This document shows, one piece after another, positions 45,855-59,329 of a stretch of 64,000 nucleotides of DNA. Within the stretch, counting starts at the first letter, position 1, and each line of letters opens with the position of its first letter. Under the pieces are notes generated by a model. It had not been told where the DNA came from. It was given only the letters and a program-made list of their open reading frames with translations, and did no database searches. The position numbers were made by a program, and so were the translations under genes. This stretch comes from Marsupella aquatica (Eukaryota; Plantae; Marchantiophyta), in assembly GCA_973895155.1 (NCBI GenBank), contig OZ316897.1:21737455-21801454 (forward strand), given 5' to 3'.

Positions 45855-47319
45855 TGCCTGGTACCCATTACCTGAAACTTTTGTGGGATGGCAATGATAT
45901 CTAGTTATGATAATGCCAGGAATCTCGCATATGGAATACTTTAGGGCTACTATTTTACACATGCACCAAATGAGGGTGCAACAATTGTGCATAAGACTTT
46001 TGTCTTCCGTTTTTTGCTTGTACCTTGCAAAACCCGCACACTTGCTATAAACCTTGTGTACATTGTTGAAATGTATAGAATTATCATGACGATCTAGGCA
46101 CAGGGTTACTAGGCTACAATCTTGTGACCAGATAGTGAGGAAAAGTTGACCGGTGGTATGACGGTATGGGCATGGGGTTACTATGCTATAATCATGTGAC
46201 TAGACAATGAGGAAAAGTTGTCTGGCTGGCTGTATCACGGTCTGGGCGCAAGGTTATTAGGTTGTATCCTCTAACCAAAATGTGAGAGAAAGTTGACAGG
46301 CAATAGTTATATCACAAAGCTTTTATGAGCATTCTAGGAACATAATTTAGACTAGAACTTCAGCCCATACTGTCATTAAAGTAAGTAAATTTAGTCTAGA
46401 ATAAAGTTGACAATCATGACTTTTTGGGCAACAGATTATGGAAATAGCAAGGACATCCAAAAATGGTTACACACCAATAGCCTTTGTTCCGTACATGCTT
46501 TGGAAAACTATTTGGAGCTTTGACAAATTAAAGTGACTCAAACTCTTTGAATTTTCAGGATGATCCATTGTTTGCTTCTCTTTCTCTTGACGTTAGGCAT
46601 CAACAGACCTCATCACCTTTCCCAAATAATTGTTTTCCCAATAGATTGTCATAATCTTTTCAGACCATTTTTTCGGTTGGTTATCAATAACACCTAGAAA
46701 TAGCAAGTTGTCATTGCATAATATAGTGTTTGATAACCCATCGCCAAATTATGCGTTACACAACTTTCTATGAAAATTCTCTTGCATATATGGCAAACAA
46801 ATGTCAAGATGAGCAAATTGAAATTATCATCCTATTCATTAAAAGCATATTTTATTTTGGTCACTTTTAGGTCTTTAAATGTTCACCTTTTGGTCTCTAA
46901 ATATACACTTTTTAACTCCAAAAGGTGCACTATTATATTACAATACTCTACACCTAAGTGGTCAATTGTAAATTTGAGGGGGCAAAAATGATCTTTACTA
47001 GAAGCAGTTTCATTCTAGTTCATTTACAAAGGATGAACATGGTGGTACATCTGATGGCCATGTCTGACCTTTATTTCTTGCCCATATGTACACTTTATAT
47101 TGTCCAAATGTTGATAAATTGAATAATAAAATTTCACTTTTAATGAATAGATTGATAATTGGGATTGTTGTTGTGACCATGTAATGACTACAACCATCCC
47201 CGACATGTTGCAACAATACCTACATAGATATGTCAAGATTGGGTTGAGGTGGCATAAAGAATTGCAAGTGAGGCAAGGAAGTGTTGTGTTGGAGAAACCG
47301 ACGACAACATACACATGAG

Positions 47320-47425
47320 AGAAACAAGCAACAAGCACGCCGACACGAGAGATACATAATTCACCTCCAATGAGGCTATTCATGGAAACACACATTGAAG
47401 AGCTTTACTACACTCTAGGCCGTTC
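47320..47425. repeat. Fragment related to the Copia LTR at 52195-52538
   Basis: gagagatac..ttcacctc..aacacaca..ctttact(a/g)cactctaggccg is shared with about 52260-52335. Confidence 0.55.
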
Positions 47426-48461
47426 CTTTTGGCACCTAGGTTGCTTCCTCCACAATGAGCACAAGTCTTTAAGAGGAGCTCTCCAATCTGTCGGTTGTGT
47501 GGTGCATTTTTCAATTCTCTAACCGCCCAAACTACTATCAACATGTCGTCTACCGCTGGGTTTTGGCTTACTGATAGCTGCTTTTGTTGCTATTGGCCTA
47601 AAAAAACATGTTGAGTCTCCTTAGCCACACATGCTGGAACAATTGATTCATTGGACTTGTAACAAGTGTTGTGCCGACACTTCACTCTTCTCTTTGAATT
47701 AATCAAGTATGTTTGTGTTTTGCCCCCAAATGTATCAATTGACTTAACTTCTTAATTCTACTGAGGGTATTTTTCAGACTACACAACCCATCTCTCACTA
47801 AAAAAATACTCTCAAATACCTCACGTTTGCTATGAGTTGGGTGCCATAGTCTGCAATCAAGTCTATGCGACTCACACTTTGCTCACTAGTTCCACTCTTG
47901 CTCACTTAACCAATCAAGCAAAAATCCATCAACAACTCACAGTGTTTCTTGGTGTTACTACAAGGATTTGCGAACTAAGCCAACAAAGGCCAACTCAACT
48001 CAAGTGATTACTTGTAGATTCAAGGTAACTGTTGTTTATGGATACCAAGCATTCAAGATTTAGCTTTCTGTGTTTCACATCATTGATGCACAAAAAGCTT
48101 GACTAAGAAAAAGCCCTAGCTTCACGCTGCAAAAGTTTTATCTAGGTTGCAATGCTTTATAGATCATGCAACCTCGGGGATCTCACTTCGCAAAATCGCA
48201 CATCACGTGCGATGAAGTATAGGGTCCATTAATTGGATTTTAAAAAAGACTTAAGAAGATTTGTGTAAGAGGGTCAATTTAATATCTTGGACGACTTTTA
48301 AAAACAATAGGCATATTAGTATTTTGACTATATAAATGGAAGACATAGTACAAGAAAGTTAGGGTATCTTTGTGTCGAATTATGCGAAGTACACATGTCA
48401 CTATATGATTGGTACACATGGCATGCATAAATTTCCTACATATTTTTCGGAGTCATGTACA

Positions 48462-49900
48462 TGTTAGAGGCAAGAGTTTGGGAATGGTTTAAATGGGTCT
48501 AGTTTAATTTTGGGGACTCTCGTTTTAGGGTTTGACCAGTTTGAAATTGTTCCATTTTGGGTGTGTCATTTCCCTCCATACATTGCCCCTTGTCAGTCCA
48601 CTCCCATGCCACTCCCATGTCTTTTCCCTCCACTGTCCATTTGGCCGGCCTCACCCATAATTATTTACGTATGTAAGTTGCTTTGTTGTGCACCTTCTTT
48701 TGTTTGTCTATCATATCAATCTCATTTCTTTTGAGACATGCTTTCAGGTGTTTGCTCCTAGTAGAACGGAAGCTATTGCGCGTTGTCAACCAAGAGACGC
48801 GAGTTGTGGCAATCGTGAGGGAGGTATGGTAGTCGTGTTTGAGGGAGCTATGGTAGTCGTGAGGGAGCGCTTGCGTTCCACATTGAGCTTGAAGTTTGCA
48901 GATGTTTGAGATCGAGCTGGGGAGCTGCTATCAACTTTTGATCGAGAGGTTATGGACTGTTGGTTGTCAATCGAGCGGTGGCAGTCGCGAGGGATTTGCT
49001 AATGTGCTACATTGAGCTGGTCGGGGAGTTGCTGCGCGCTGTCAGTGAGAGTTGTGGCAGTTGTGAGGGATTCAAAAATATTCAAATTACCTAACATTAG
49101 CTTGCACCACAATATTTTCCTTATTAGCAACAATCTCAATTGCCTTTCCCTTCTCATTACCGATTGGAACAGGATTTGGCTTGGATGATCGATCAAATTG
49201 TAACGATGAGCAAGAAGCTCTTTACTTGCTTAACTTCTTTACCCTTTTTGTATTAGTCATTGTCACGTGTGCTACTTCATCATGACAAAAAAACCATCAC
49301 TTACAATGAGATTGTAAGTGCTTAGTTGATTGACAACTGAAACTCATTAGAGATATACTCATCTCCATTGTCTCAACAAACATATTTCACTTTCTCTCCT
49401 ATCTATGTCTCAACATGTATGTTTCATTTCTTAAAGATTGAAAATAACTAAGACTTTTCATGCATAAAATACACTTCAGATCATCTTCAAATAATCATCA
49501 ATGTCATACTTCATTCATGACATTAATAGCTTAGGTGACTTTCACATATCAAAATGAATGTAATCCAAAATATCTTTGAAGGTATATCTGGCACCTAAGA
49601 AGCTTACACAATGTTGTTTACCAAGGACATTTCGTTGATAAAAACCTAATTTGCCAATTTTGTATATAGTAAGAGATTTTATTTGCACAACACATTCAAC
49701 CCTTTCTCACTCATGTGGCCCAACCATGCATGTCACAATAATGTCTTATCTACCTATGATGAAATTGCATCGTATGCCAAAAATCATGATATACTAGACA
49801 TGATCCAAAACAAGGCGGTACAAAAAAATATGTGGTGTGATGCTTTACGATGTTTTATAGGTGTATGGATGCAGTACAATCATATCTCGGGTCATATAAC
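48462..49900 (-). mobile_element. Old, internally deleted Copia relic; boundaries approximate
   Basis: Minus-strand L*HAWLGHMSEKG (GAG-pre-integrase motif) near 49700-49740; LTR-end/PPT-like CAACAATCTC near 49129-49138. Confidence 0.4.
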
Positions 49901-50049
49901 TATGCATTGCAAAAAAATAACCAAATCTTATCGGTAGTTTAGAGATCTTAGAAAATAATTCAATATTATTTTGTGTGCAAGTTTATGATATAATATTCTT
50001 CCTCATTGAACCTACGCAACCTTTGATATAATTTACATAAACCGATTAA

Positions 50050-52130
50050 GTAACATTGCCTTCCCTTTAAATTCAAAGTCCATATTTTATTATCTTTATC
50101 GTTCATTTTTTACATTTATAAAATTATGTTTGTTATTTGAATAACTTCATTCATTTTCTTGTATAATTTTTTGAATAAATTATATTATCTAATTTTGGTA
50201 CAAGATATATAATATTTTATATAAATCATTATTAAAAATACACATCTTCAATAAAGTGGAAACTTGTTGATAAGTAAATATTGATTCAATAAATAATCGT
50301 CAAAGATCAACATTCAATTTTTCTTTAAATAGATATTGATATACGTTCTGGTTCATAAATTTTATTAAATTGTATTTTTATTATTTATTTTCGCGTTCAC
50401 CAATTTATTTATAATGTTTAATTTATAAAATATTTTATTAATATTTTTAAAATTTTTAATTATTTATAAAGATCTTAAATTATATTTTTTTTGAAAAATA
50501 TAATCAATGATTGAATATATATCATAAATAAAAATTTAATTTAATAATTATATATTAAATATTAATTATAATAATTATCAATAAAAATTTTAATTACATG
50601 TTTATTTTGTCTTGATGAATTTAACAAATATATAAATATTTTATATTAATTTTTTTAATCTTAATTTTAATTTAATTATATGTTCTTTATTGATTATAAA
50701 TATTGATCATAGATATATTTAAAAATATATATATATAAATAGAAATTTTTTATATCTTTATTTATATAATTATATAATTATGTAATTATTTAATAAACTT
50801 AAATAAATTTAAATTATATTATATAATTATTAGTTTTAATAGAATATAAAATATTTATTTTTTAAAATTTTAATTATATTTTATATAATTTATTTTTAAT
50901 TATATTATTTTAATAAAATATTTATTTAATAATAATAAATATTTATATCCAAATAATAATTATTATAAAAATAAAATAAAATTCAAAATTCAAAAAATCA
51001 ATAAAAATTATTGTAATTTACATTATAATAATAATTAATATATTTATATTTATATTTATTTTAGTATAAAAATAAAATTATATTAAAAAATAGAATTTAA
51101 TAATTATAATATAATAAAAATTTTAATTCTATAATTTATAAATAATAATTATATTTTAATTTATATTAGTTATTTTAAAATTAAAATTAAAAATATTAAA
51201 TTTCAAATTTCAAATTATATTTAAATTATAAATAAAGTAAAAAAATATATTATATTTTGTTATATAATTTTTATATTAAATTATGTTATTTAATTTTGGT
51301 ATAAAATATAAAATATTTTATATAATTTATTATTATGAATATAAATTTTTAATAAGAATAAATTTATTGATAAAAAATATTTATTTAATAACTAATTATG
51401 AAAAATAGACATTAAAATTTCATATTTTTTATCATTAAAATTTAAAAATTATCTATAATTTTTTTTATATTTACTTTATAAGTAAATTGAAATTATTAAT
51501 TTTTATAATTTATAAAGAAATTTAATGTTTAGAAATTTTCAAATAAAATATAATTTTATAAATTTTTGAATAAAATATAATTTTATATTTTATATTTTAT
51601 ATAATTTTATATTTTATTAATTAAGTTATATTGATTTATATTCTAAAATTGAAATAAAAAATATTAAAAAAAAATTATAAATAAAATCACTTAAATTAGA
51701 TATATTATATTTAATGTTTATTTAAATATTTTGATCAATTAAATTTATATCTAAATTTAATTATATATTAATTTATAAAATATTTGATAATTTTTTTTTC
51801 TTATAATATCTAAATTATAAAAATATATACCAATCTAAATAATAAAATTATAAATCCTTTGAAATAATAACCGGGGATATGTTTACCGTAAAACCAAAAA
51901 TTATAATAAATATATTTATTGATGATATAACTTTCTAAGATCAAAATATTTTTTAAAATTATGATCATAATAATAGATAATATAACCATCCAATTTAATA
52001 TTAAAATTTCAAATATTTTTAATCTAATATATTAATTTATTAATACAGAAATTATGATACAAACTCATGGATATAAAATTTTATATGATCTATTAATTAT
52101 ATCATAAAATGAAAAAACACACTATGGATA
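50050..52130. other. Extremely AT-rich low-complexity tract (about 2 kb)
   Basis: Almost only A/T by eye; no ORFs; no regular period seen. Confidence 0.9.
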
Positions 52131-52194
52131 AAAAAGATTAGAGGATGAAGAAGTCTTCAGGATGAAAGAGATTCGAGTGAACATTAAGACATTA

Positions 52195-52538
52195 TGTTGA
52201 GTATAGACGACATTTGCAACGGCAAGCCCATGAACCATCTAACGGAGAATAGTCGTCACAGAGAGATACGTGGTTCACCTCTACATGAAGCTACGTCCAC
52301 GGGAACACACAAGAACTTTACTGCACTCTAGGCCGACCGACCATACCAAGCATCCACAGCACAAGCTCTCTCTCTCTCTCAACTAGCTCCGTAACAATGA
52401 GCCTAAGTTCCACCAGGGTCTGGCATCAGCCCCGGCTATATGCACAACAACACTACCGCTAACATTAGCTAAGTCCTAATCCGAGTTAGACTAACTGTGG
52501 TTAGCTCATGAGTCACAAGATTAGAGCAATATCTAACA
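52195..52538 (-). repeat. Copia 3' LTR (344 bp)
   Basis: TGTTG...TAACA ends; PPT CAAGGGGGAGTT (52539-52550, minus) immediately internal. Confidence 0.8.
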
Positions 52539-52745
52539 AACTCCCCCTTGACTCTTGTCTTGGGGACTAGACTAAATGCTACCATATGGATTCCTTAGCG
52601 GGAAGTTCTAGACAATCACCAAATCAGGTGTCCTCCTAAAAACCACAAGGGTTAACTAAGTGTTACCTAGAACTAAGCCGTAGCCAAACAGGAATGAGTA
52701 ATCCATATACAGATAGTCACACATTGCTAAATAACTCTACTTGCA

Positions 52746-55700
52746 TTACAATTGCAAAACCTGCAAAGTAGCACGGTGTCTTGAGAAACTCTCCAAAGGA
52801 ATCACTTTGGTAAAGGCATCAACGGAATTGAGCTTTCCATCAATCTTGACTAGCTCAAAAGTTTTATCAGACACTGCTTGCCTGATAAAATGGTACCTGA
52901 TATCAATGTGCTTCACCCTGCTATCCATCACCTGGTTAGTAGCCAAGTGAAGAGCACTCTGACTATCACAGTTTAGAGTCATTTTGCCATGCTCTAAACC
53001 CATCTCCGTGATCAACTTGTCCAACCAAATCGCTTCCTTTGCTGCTTCTGCTGCTGCAACATACTCTGCTTCTGTAGTAGACTGAGAAATGCACTTCTGC
53101 AAGGTAGATTTCCAACTGATACATCCTCTTCCAAGAGTAAATACAAACCCAGTTGTAGACCTCCTTGTATCCAGACAGCCTCCATAGTCAGAATCTACAT
53201 AGCCAACTAACGTTCTATCTGATCTGTTATCAAATAGTAATCCATAGTCCTGTGTTCCCTTCAAATACCTGAGAATCCACTTCGCAGCTTCCCAATGTAC
53301 CTTCCCTAGATTTGACATGAATCTGCTAACCTTGCCCATCGCTAGGGCCAAATCAGGCCTAGTACAAGTCATCAAATACATCAAACTGCCTACTGCCTTC
53401 TCATAAGGAATCTTAGCCATTAGACCTTTTCTCCACAGCATCCGTAGGAGAGAAAGCCAATTATAACTTGAAATGTGAAGCTAAAGGAATACTCAATGGC
53501 TTACAGTTTTCCATGTTGAATCGTGCAAATATTTTCCTCGCATACTGGCCTTGACTCAAACACAACTGTCCAGTCTCAGAGTTCCTGAAAATCTCCATCC
53601 CTAAGATCCTCTTGGCCTACCAAGATCCTTCATCATAAATTCAGCACTCAAATTCGCCTTGAGACTGTCAACCTCAGATTGATCTTTAGCCACAATCAAC
53701 ATGTCATCCACATAAATAACCAGAATGATGAAACCAAACACATCATTCTTGACTGATTTCGTATACACACAAGGATCATACACCATCCTTGTAAAACCTT
53801 GAGCAAACATGAAATCATCAAACCGCTTGTTCCACTGTCCGGGAGACTGCTTCAATCCATACAAGGATTTGAGCAATCTGCAAACTAAGTTCTCTTGGCC
53901 CTTCTTCATAAAGCCTAGTGGTTGTCTTATGAAGATTAACTCTTCCAAGTTGCCATAGAGAAAAGCAGTAACAACATCCATCTGATCCATCACCAGACCA
54001 AAAAACACAACAAGCTGACACAAGATCCGTATTGTGGAATACTTAGCCACCGGTGAAAAGACCTCATTGTAGTCCACTCCTTTCTCCTGAGTGAACCCCT
54101 TGGCAACAAGCCTTACCTTGTAGATCTTATCTCCACCCTCTGAAGGACTGTCCTTCAACTTGTAAATCCACTTGCTGTCCACCACTTGTTGACCTCTTGG
54201 AAGCTCCACCAGCTCCCATGTCTTGTCGTCACTCAAAGATTGCAACTCCCTCTGCATTCCACTCATGCTTCTGCTCTGAAGCACAAGCCTCACTGTACAA
54301 AGAAGGCTCTCCTTCTTCCAAGATCAAAGCCATGTCATCATCATCAGGTGCAATGTTAATATCATCTAGCTTAGATGAGTCTGCCCATTGACCATACCTG
54401 GTAGGAGCTCTAGTAGAACGACTGGAAGTTCTTCTAGTAGATGACTCAGGCTAATCTGCTGCTGCTGCTGGATGAATTTGAGGTACCCCAGCAACAATCT
54501 GCTCCTCTTGTTCCATCACAGGAACCAGCTCCAAGCCCGGAGCTTCTCCATCTCTCCTGTCATGAATAGCATCACGACTAATCTCCCCCTCAACCCGGTC
54601 CGGGATGGGAGATTTCCCCTTGTCAGTATGGGAGTCCTGAGAACTCTCCCCCTCCTTTGATGATTTGGATTCATTAAAGGACACATCTCTACTGACAATT
54701 AGCTTACAGGTTACTGGATCCCATAACCTATAACCCTTCACACCTTTTTGATAGCCAAGGAAAATGCACTTCTTTGACTTGGACTCCAGCTTGGATCGAA
54801 GCTGGGAAGGTGTAAGCACATAAACATCACATCCAAAAATCCTCAGATGTGAGTAATCTGCTGGACGCCCGTACCTCATTTCATATGGCGTCTTGAATCC
54901 AATAGAATTGGATGGAGAAAAATTTACCAAATAAGCTGCAGTGTTGACAGCTTCAGCCCAAAACTCATATGGTAAGCATGATTGACTCAACATACTCCTC
55001 GAGCGGTCCAATAGTGTTTGGTAGAGTCTCTCAGAAACATCATTCTGCTTAGGAGTATAACTTGTTGTGAGATGGCGGGTAATCCCCTACTCTTTACAAT
55101 ACGTTTCAAATTCATCAGAACTGTATTCACCGTTGTTATCCGATCGAAGATATCTCACCTTATTACCAATTTGATTCTCTACTTGGGCTTTCCACTCCTT
55201 AAAAGTGGCAAAAACATCAGACTTATTGTGTAGAAAGTATATCCACATAAACCTTGAGTAATCGTCAATGAACGTGACATAGTATAACCGTCCAGAATGT
55301 GAGGGAGTAGGGGCTGGACCCCATACATCACTATGTACATACTCAAGTACCTCTTTGCTGGTGTGAGTTCCAACTCCGAAGGGTTTCCTGTGCTGCTTCC
55401 TAGCACACAATGCTCACAAAATTCTAACTTACAAGATTGCAAATTAGAAAGTAATCATTTTTTTTAAGAATAGCCAAACCTTTTTCACTCATGTGGCCCA
55501 AATGGAAGTGCCACAGTCGGGCCGTCTCCTCATGAGATAAGGTTACATTGGCTTCATCACAAACTACACTGCCCTCCAAAACGTATAGATTGCTATGTCT
55601 CTTTCCCTTCAATACAACTTTAGTACCAGTTGAAACCTGAAGGACACCATTAGCAGAACTCCACTGATGGCCATTTGCTTCTAAAACTCCAAGTGAAATG

Positions 55701-57019
55701 AGATTTTTCATCATGCTGGGAATGTGTCTCACATTCCTCAACGTTCTTACAACATCATCGAACATCTGAAATCTTACAGATCCAAGTCCAACAACTTGAC
55801 ATGAGATTCCATTTCCCATCAACACTGATCCATTGGAAACCGTGTAAGAACTGAAACAATCTCTTCTAGAGCAAATGTGAAAAGTACATGCACTATCTAG
55901 AATCCAGTCATCACTACCTGGATTTGACATTACGTTGAGAGCATAACCTTGGCATCACAATATGTCATCATCATTGAGTAAATCTACCTCATGCGAGCTC
56001 GATGCCGCGTTAGCAGATGCAGTAGGGACCTTTACTCGACAATCCCTTTTCATGTGGCCTGGCTTGCCACAATTCCAACATGCAAGAGGCTTCCTCTCTT
56101 GTGATTTCCCTCTGGATTTAGATCTCCCTCGTGATGTAGATCTAAACCTGTTCTGTCCATTTGAGCGCTGCGCTCCTCTCCCACGGTTCACGTTCAGCGT
56201 AGTGCCAGAAGAAGATGTTGTCTGTGATTGACCCAACTTCTTCTGAGCATCATCAGACAGTAAAGAGCTCACCACCTCATTATACGAAATGGACTTCAGA
56301 TCTCTGTACAAGAGCACCTATTTCAAGCCCTGATATGACGGCGGTAAGGAGCTTAGCAGAAGCAAGGCCTTATCCTCATCTTCAACTCCTTTTCCCAGGT
56401 TTGACAGATCCACCGCTAGACTGTCAAATTCATCCAGGTGATCCTGCATCTTGCTCCCTTCCTTGAGTCTGAGGCTCATCAAGAGAGACTTCTTGTACAG
56501 CCGGTCTGACGCATCTTCCCGGTAGTACTTCTCTCTAAGAGCCTTGAACAGTGACGCACAATGCGCATAATCATCCAGTTGCTTGATGATGTGCGGCTTC
56601 AGATAAAGCATCACTGCATTGACAACAATCACCTGTTCCTGTCTCCACTGTCTCACAGAAATCTCCTCCTCTCCATCATATTGCTCTCGCAATGAAAGTA
56701 GATGAGCTAAGCCCATGGCCCGTAGAACATCCTTCACTTGCTTCTCCCATAGCAAGTAATCAGTACGACCATCGTACTTCTCCACCTCAAACTTCACTCC
56801 TCCAAATCTTGCCATCTCTCTCTTCTTCCCAACTACCGACAGCTTTGGTAATAACACAGCTTCCTCCACTGCACGCCGCACCGGTGATCGTACCGGTGCC
56901 ACTAGTTCCTCCTCAAACGGTATCAGCTCCTCCTCTGACTCTCCGTCTGATCGTCGCGATCCTGAAGCTCCACCGACGCCAATTCTTCCAGTATCCTCCG
57001 AGTCACTCATATGAAACAA
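52746..57019 (-). pseudogene. Copia gag-pol with several stops and frameshifts
   Basis: Gag EKYDG..YLLW; CWNCGKPGHMKRDC; PR WILDSACTFH; LWHFHLGHMSEKG; INT VHSDVWGP, RSDN; RT RLVAKGF, SLYGLKQS, YVDDML; RH YVDSDY, EAEY, CDSQSA. Confidence 0.93.
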
Positions 57020-57806
57020 TCATGAAAAAACGTCTTTTTTCAAAACTTCTCATAAAACTCAAAACTCAACACCGCCGCGTAGCCCACGAAGCTAGGAGTC
57101 CAATATTGAAAGCCAAAATCAAAATCAAAATTTGACAAAAAAGTTATTCAAATTTTGGTCGGGGTGGGTAAAACCTTGGAAAACTCCCCCGTTTTGACCA
57201 CCTCGAAGAATAACCAAAATACCAAGTACAACCCGTTGTCGGAATCACGATGTGATCGGTGCGCCGCGTTGCTAACTCCAGTGGCAACATCCTTGCCGAA
57301 AAAGAACCAAAAAAGTTACCGTTTGACGGACAGAATCTTTGTCGGACAGCCAAAAAACAGCTCTCTGTTTTTTTGGGAATATTCCCGCACAGTCCGACAG
57401 GTCTCACAGGGGGCCGTTCCCCCTGTCGGAGTGGTTAAAATGGAGGGCGACAGGTCCCGGCACAAGGAGAACAAAGCAAGAAGGGAGAATGAGTAAAAAA
57501 TAGGGCCCTTAAGGGGCTTTGCACCCCCTTAAAAACAATACAAGTATATAAAAAAGGGCGCATCCACGTTGCCTATATGCGAGGCGGGCCAGCGGGCGTA
57601 CAGGGCGTCGGGGTGGGAAAAAGATGTAAGTACGCGGGCGCAAGCCGGTTGCGTATGCAACCGCGCAAGGAGTAGGGCCGGGCCAGCGAGTGCAACCGCG
57701 AAGCAGCGGCCGGCAGTCGAGGGCAAAGGGCCAAGGCGAGAGAGGGAGGTCGGGCGAGGTCGAGGAGGGGCGTGGTGGCGCAAAAAGCGCCGACCGGCGT
57801 TGCGCA

Positions 57807-57888
57807 ACCGGGAAGATGCGTCAAACCGGTTGTATAAGAAGTCTCTCTTGATGAGCCTCAGGCTCAAGGAAGGGAGCAAGATGCAGGA
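57807..57888 (+). repeat. 82-bp inverted duplicate of Copia gag (56442-56523)
   Basis: Encodes REDASNRLYKKSLLMSLRLKEGSKMQ vs REDASDRLYKKSLLMSLRLKEGSKMQ in gag. Confidence 0.9.
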
Positions 57889-58737
57889 CATTACTTATAG
57901 TAGAAAAAAAGATAGTTCATAATTTGTTACACACTTATGAATGATTGTGTTTTTTATAGGAGAAAGATGAAAGTTAAATGTGTGTGAGTTGAAAATAGTT
58001 TTAAGCAAATCTACATTTTTGATAACAAAAAATATATGATATATGAGTTTGAGTGCTTTGATATAATAACAATAAATTTCTAGAAGAATTTTCCAATAAG
58101 ACCCGGTTGATATTATCTAAGATTTAAGGTGTAAATAAGATATTAGTTCTCATACAGACTAATGACATATAGTTATGATTTATTTTTGGGTGTCACTATC
58201 AGGGTCTCTCATTGTGTACCACTTTGTTATGTTTAGTAAGGGATATGAGTGTGAACATTCTTTTGGGCGAAGTAGCACAGACTCTAGTCTGTTTTTGTGT
58301 TATTTTGGTGGAAAATTACGCATATTTTGAAGGTAAGAAACATTATCTTTGTGTTGGGTGGGCTTTTTCAATAATTTATTCTATTGTAAATGCAATCTAA
58401 GTTTGCTTGTTTGTTTTTGTCTCTGATTTGATCCAAAAATTTACATGCAAAACAAGGATTAATTTGCAGCAAACAGAAAACCCTTTGGTGGTATGTGCAC
58501 CCAATATTTTGATTTTAAAGTTTATTGTTAATAAGCTCAAGCAGCCATAACCATGAGCTTAAATCAAGCATTGTAGGATGATCCAAATTAAGGCTGACTT
58601 TCAAAACTTGTGATCTTGGATTGCACATAAGCTTGTTGGAAAAGTTGTTGCCCTCGCTCCAACCATATAGATTATACTTAGATCAATCAAAGATTGGAAG
58701 ACCAAGATACGGGCTCTCAAAGCGTGTTTGACTTTGG

Positions 58738-58911
58738 CTATGTGGGAGAGCAAGGGAAGGGCATTCAACCGAGTATGGGAAGGATAACCAGGGGGCAGTA
58801 GTGCTTTTCAGCTAGTGAGGTGAGGTGCAAACAGACGTTGTCCTATTAAAAATATTCTAAACCCTTCCCATACTCGGTTGAATGTCATTCCCCCACTCTC
58901 CCTATACGTAG
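58738..58911. mobile_element. Small fold-back / MITE-like element
   Basis: Inverted arms of about 46-49 bp with a perfect 22-bp core CATTCAACCGAGTATGGGAAGG; loop about 80 bp. Confidence 0.6.
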
Positions 58912-59329
58912 TTATTCTAAGTTATTACAAACTCTCCCTGTACTTTTATTCTTATTTTCTAGAATGTCAAATTTCAACGGTAAACCAACAATTTGGCAAG
59001 GCAAACAGGTTTTGTAGATGGAGATGTGTGGAATCTTTTATTAAAAAGACTCATTGAGGGGGTCCAAAATGATGTTTTGAGAGCCCCTTGTGATCAACAC
59101 TTAATTACTCCCAACTCGAGTATGTGTTTGCAAAGCTTTTTGGTTTTCTAGAAAGGTTATCTTGCCGGCTATAGGAAAGCAAAGTCAGGTTTTGATTTTC
59201 ATAACTTTTATTTTTGGGTAAGGCTGTTTAGAGGATATGATATGGTTTGACAACCTTCCAAGCACCTAGCTTGGTAATTTAGATTGAATACATTGCACAT
59301 AAGAGTATGACACATTGTCATCCTGGAAG

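Larger units (their letters stand above)
52195..57888 (-). mobile_element. Ty1/copia LTR retrotransposon; 3' LTR intact, 5' LTR and PBS absent or rearranged
   Basis: LTR 52195-52538 with adjacent PPT; gag-PR-INT-RT-RH order; CATTA on both sides (52190-52194, 57889-57893). Confidence 0.85.

Noticed and set aside
47206-47543. Intact Copia solo LTR (TGTTG..CAACA)
   Set aside because: Flanks CGACA and TGTCG are inverted rather than a direct TSD; only the internal LTR-related fragment is reported.
45900-48200. Possible additional gypsy PR/RT/RH relic and about 70-bp degenerate repeats at 46100-46300
   Set aside because: Only faint motif traces; too decayed to assign boundaries or identity by eye.
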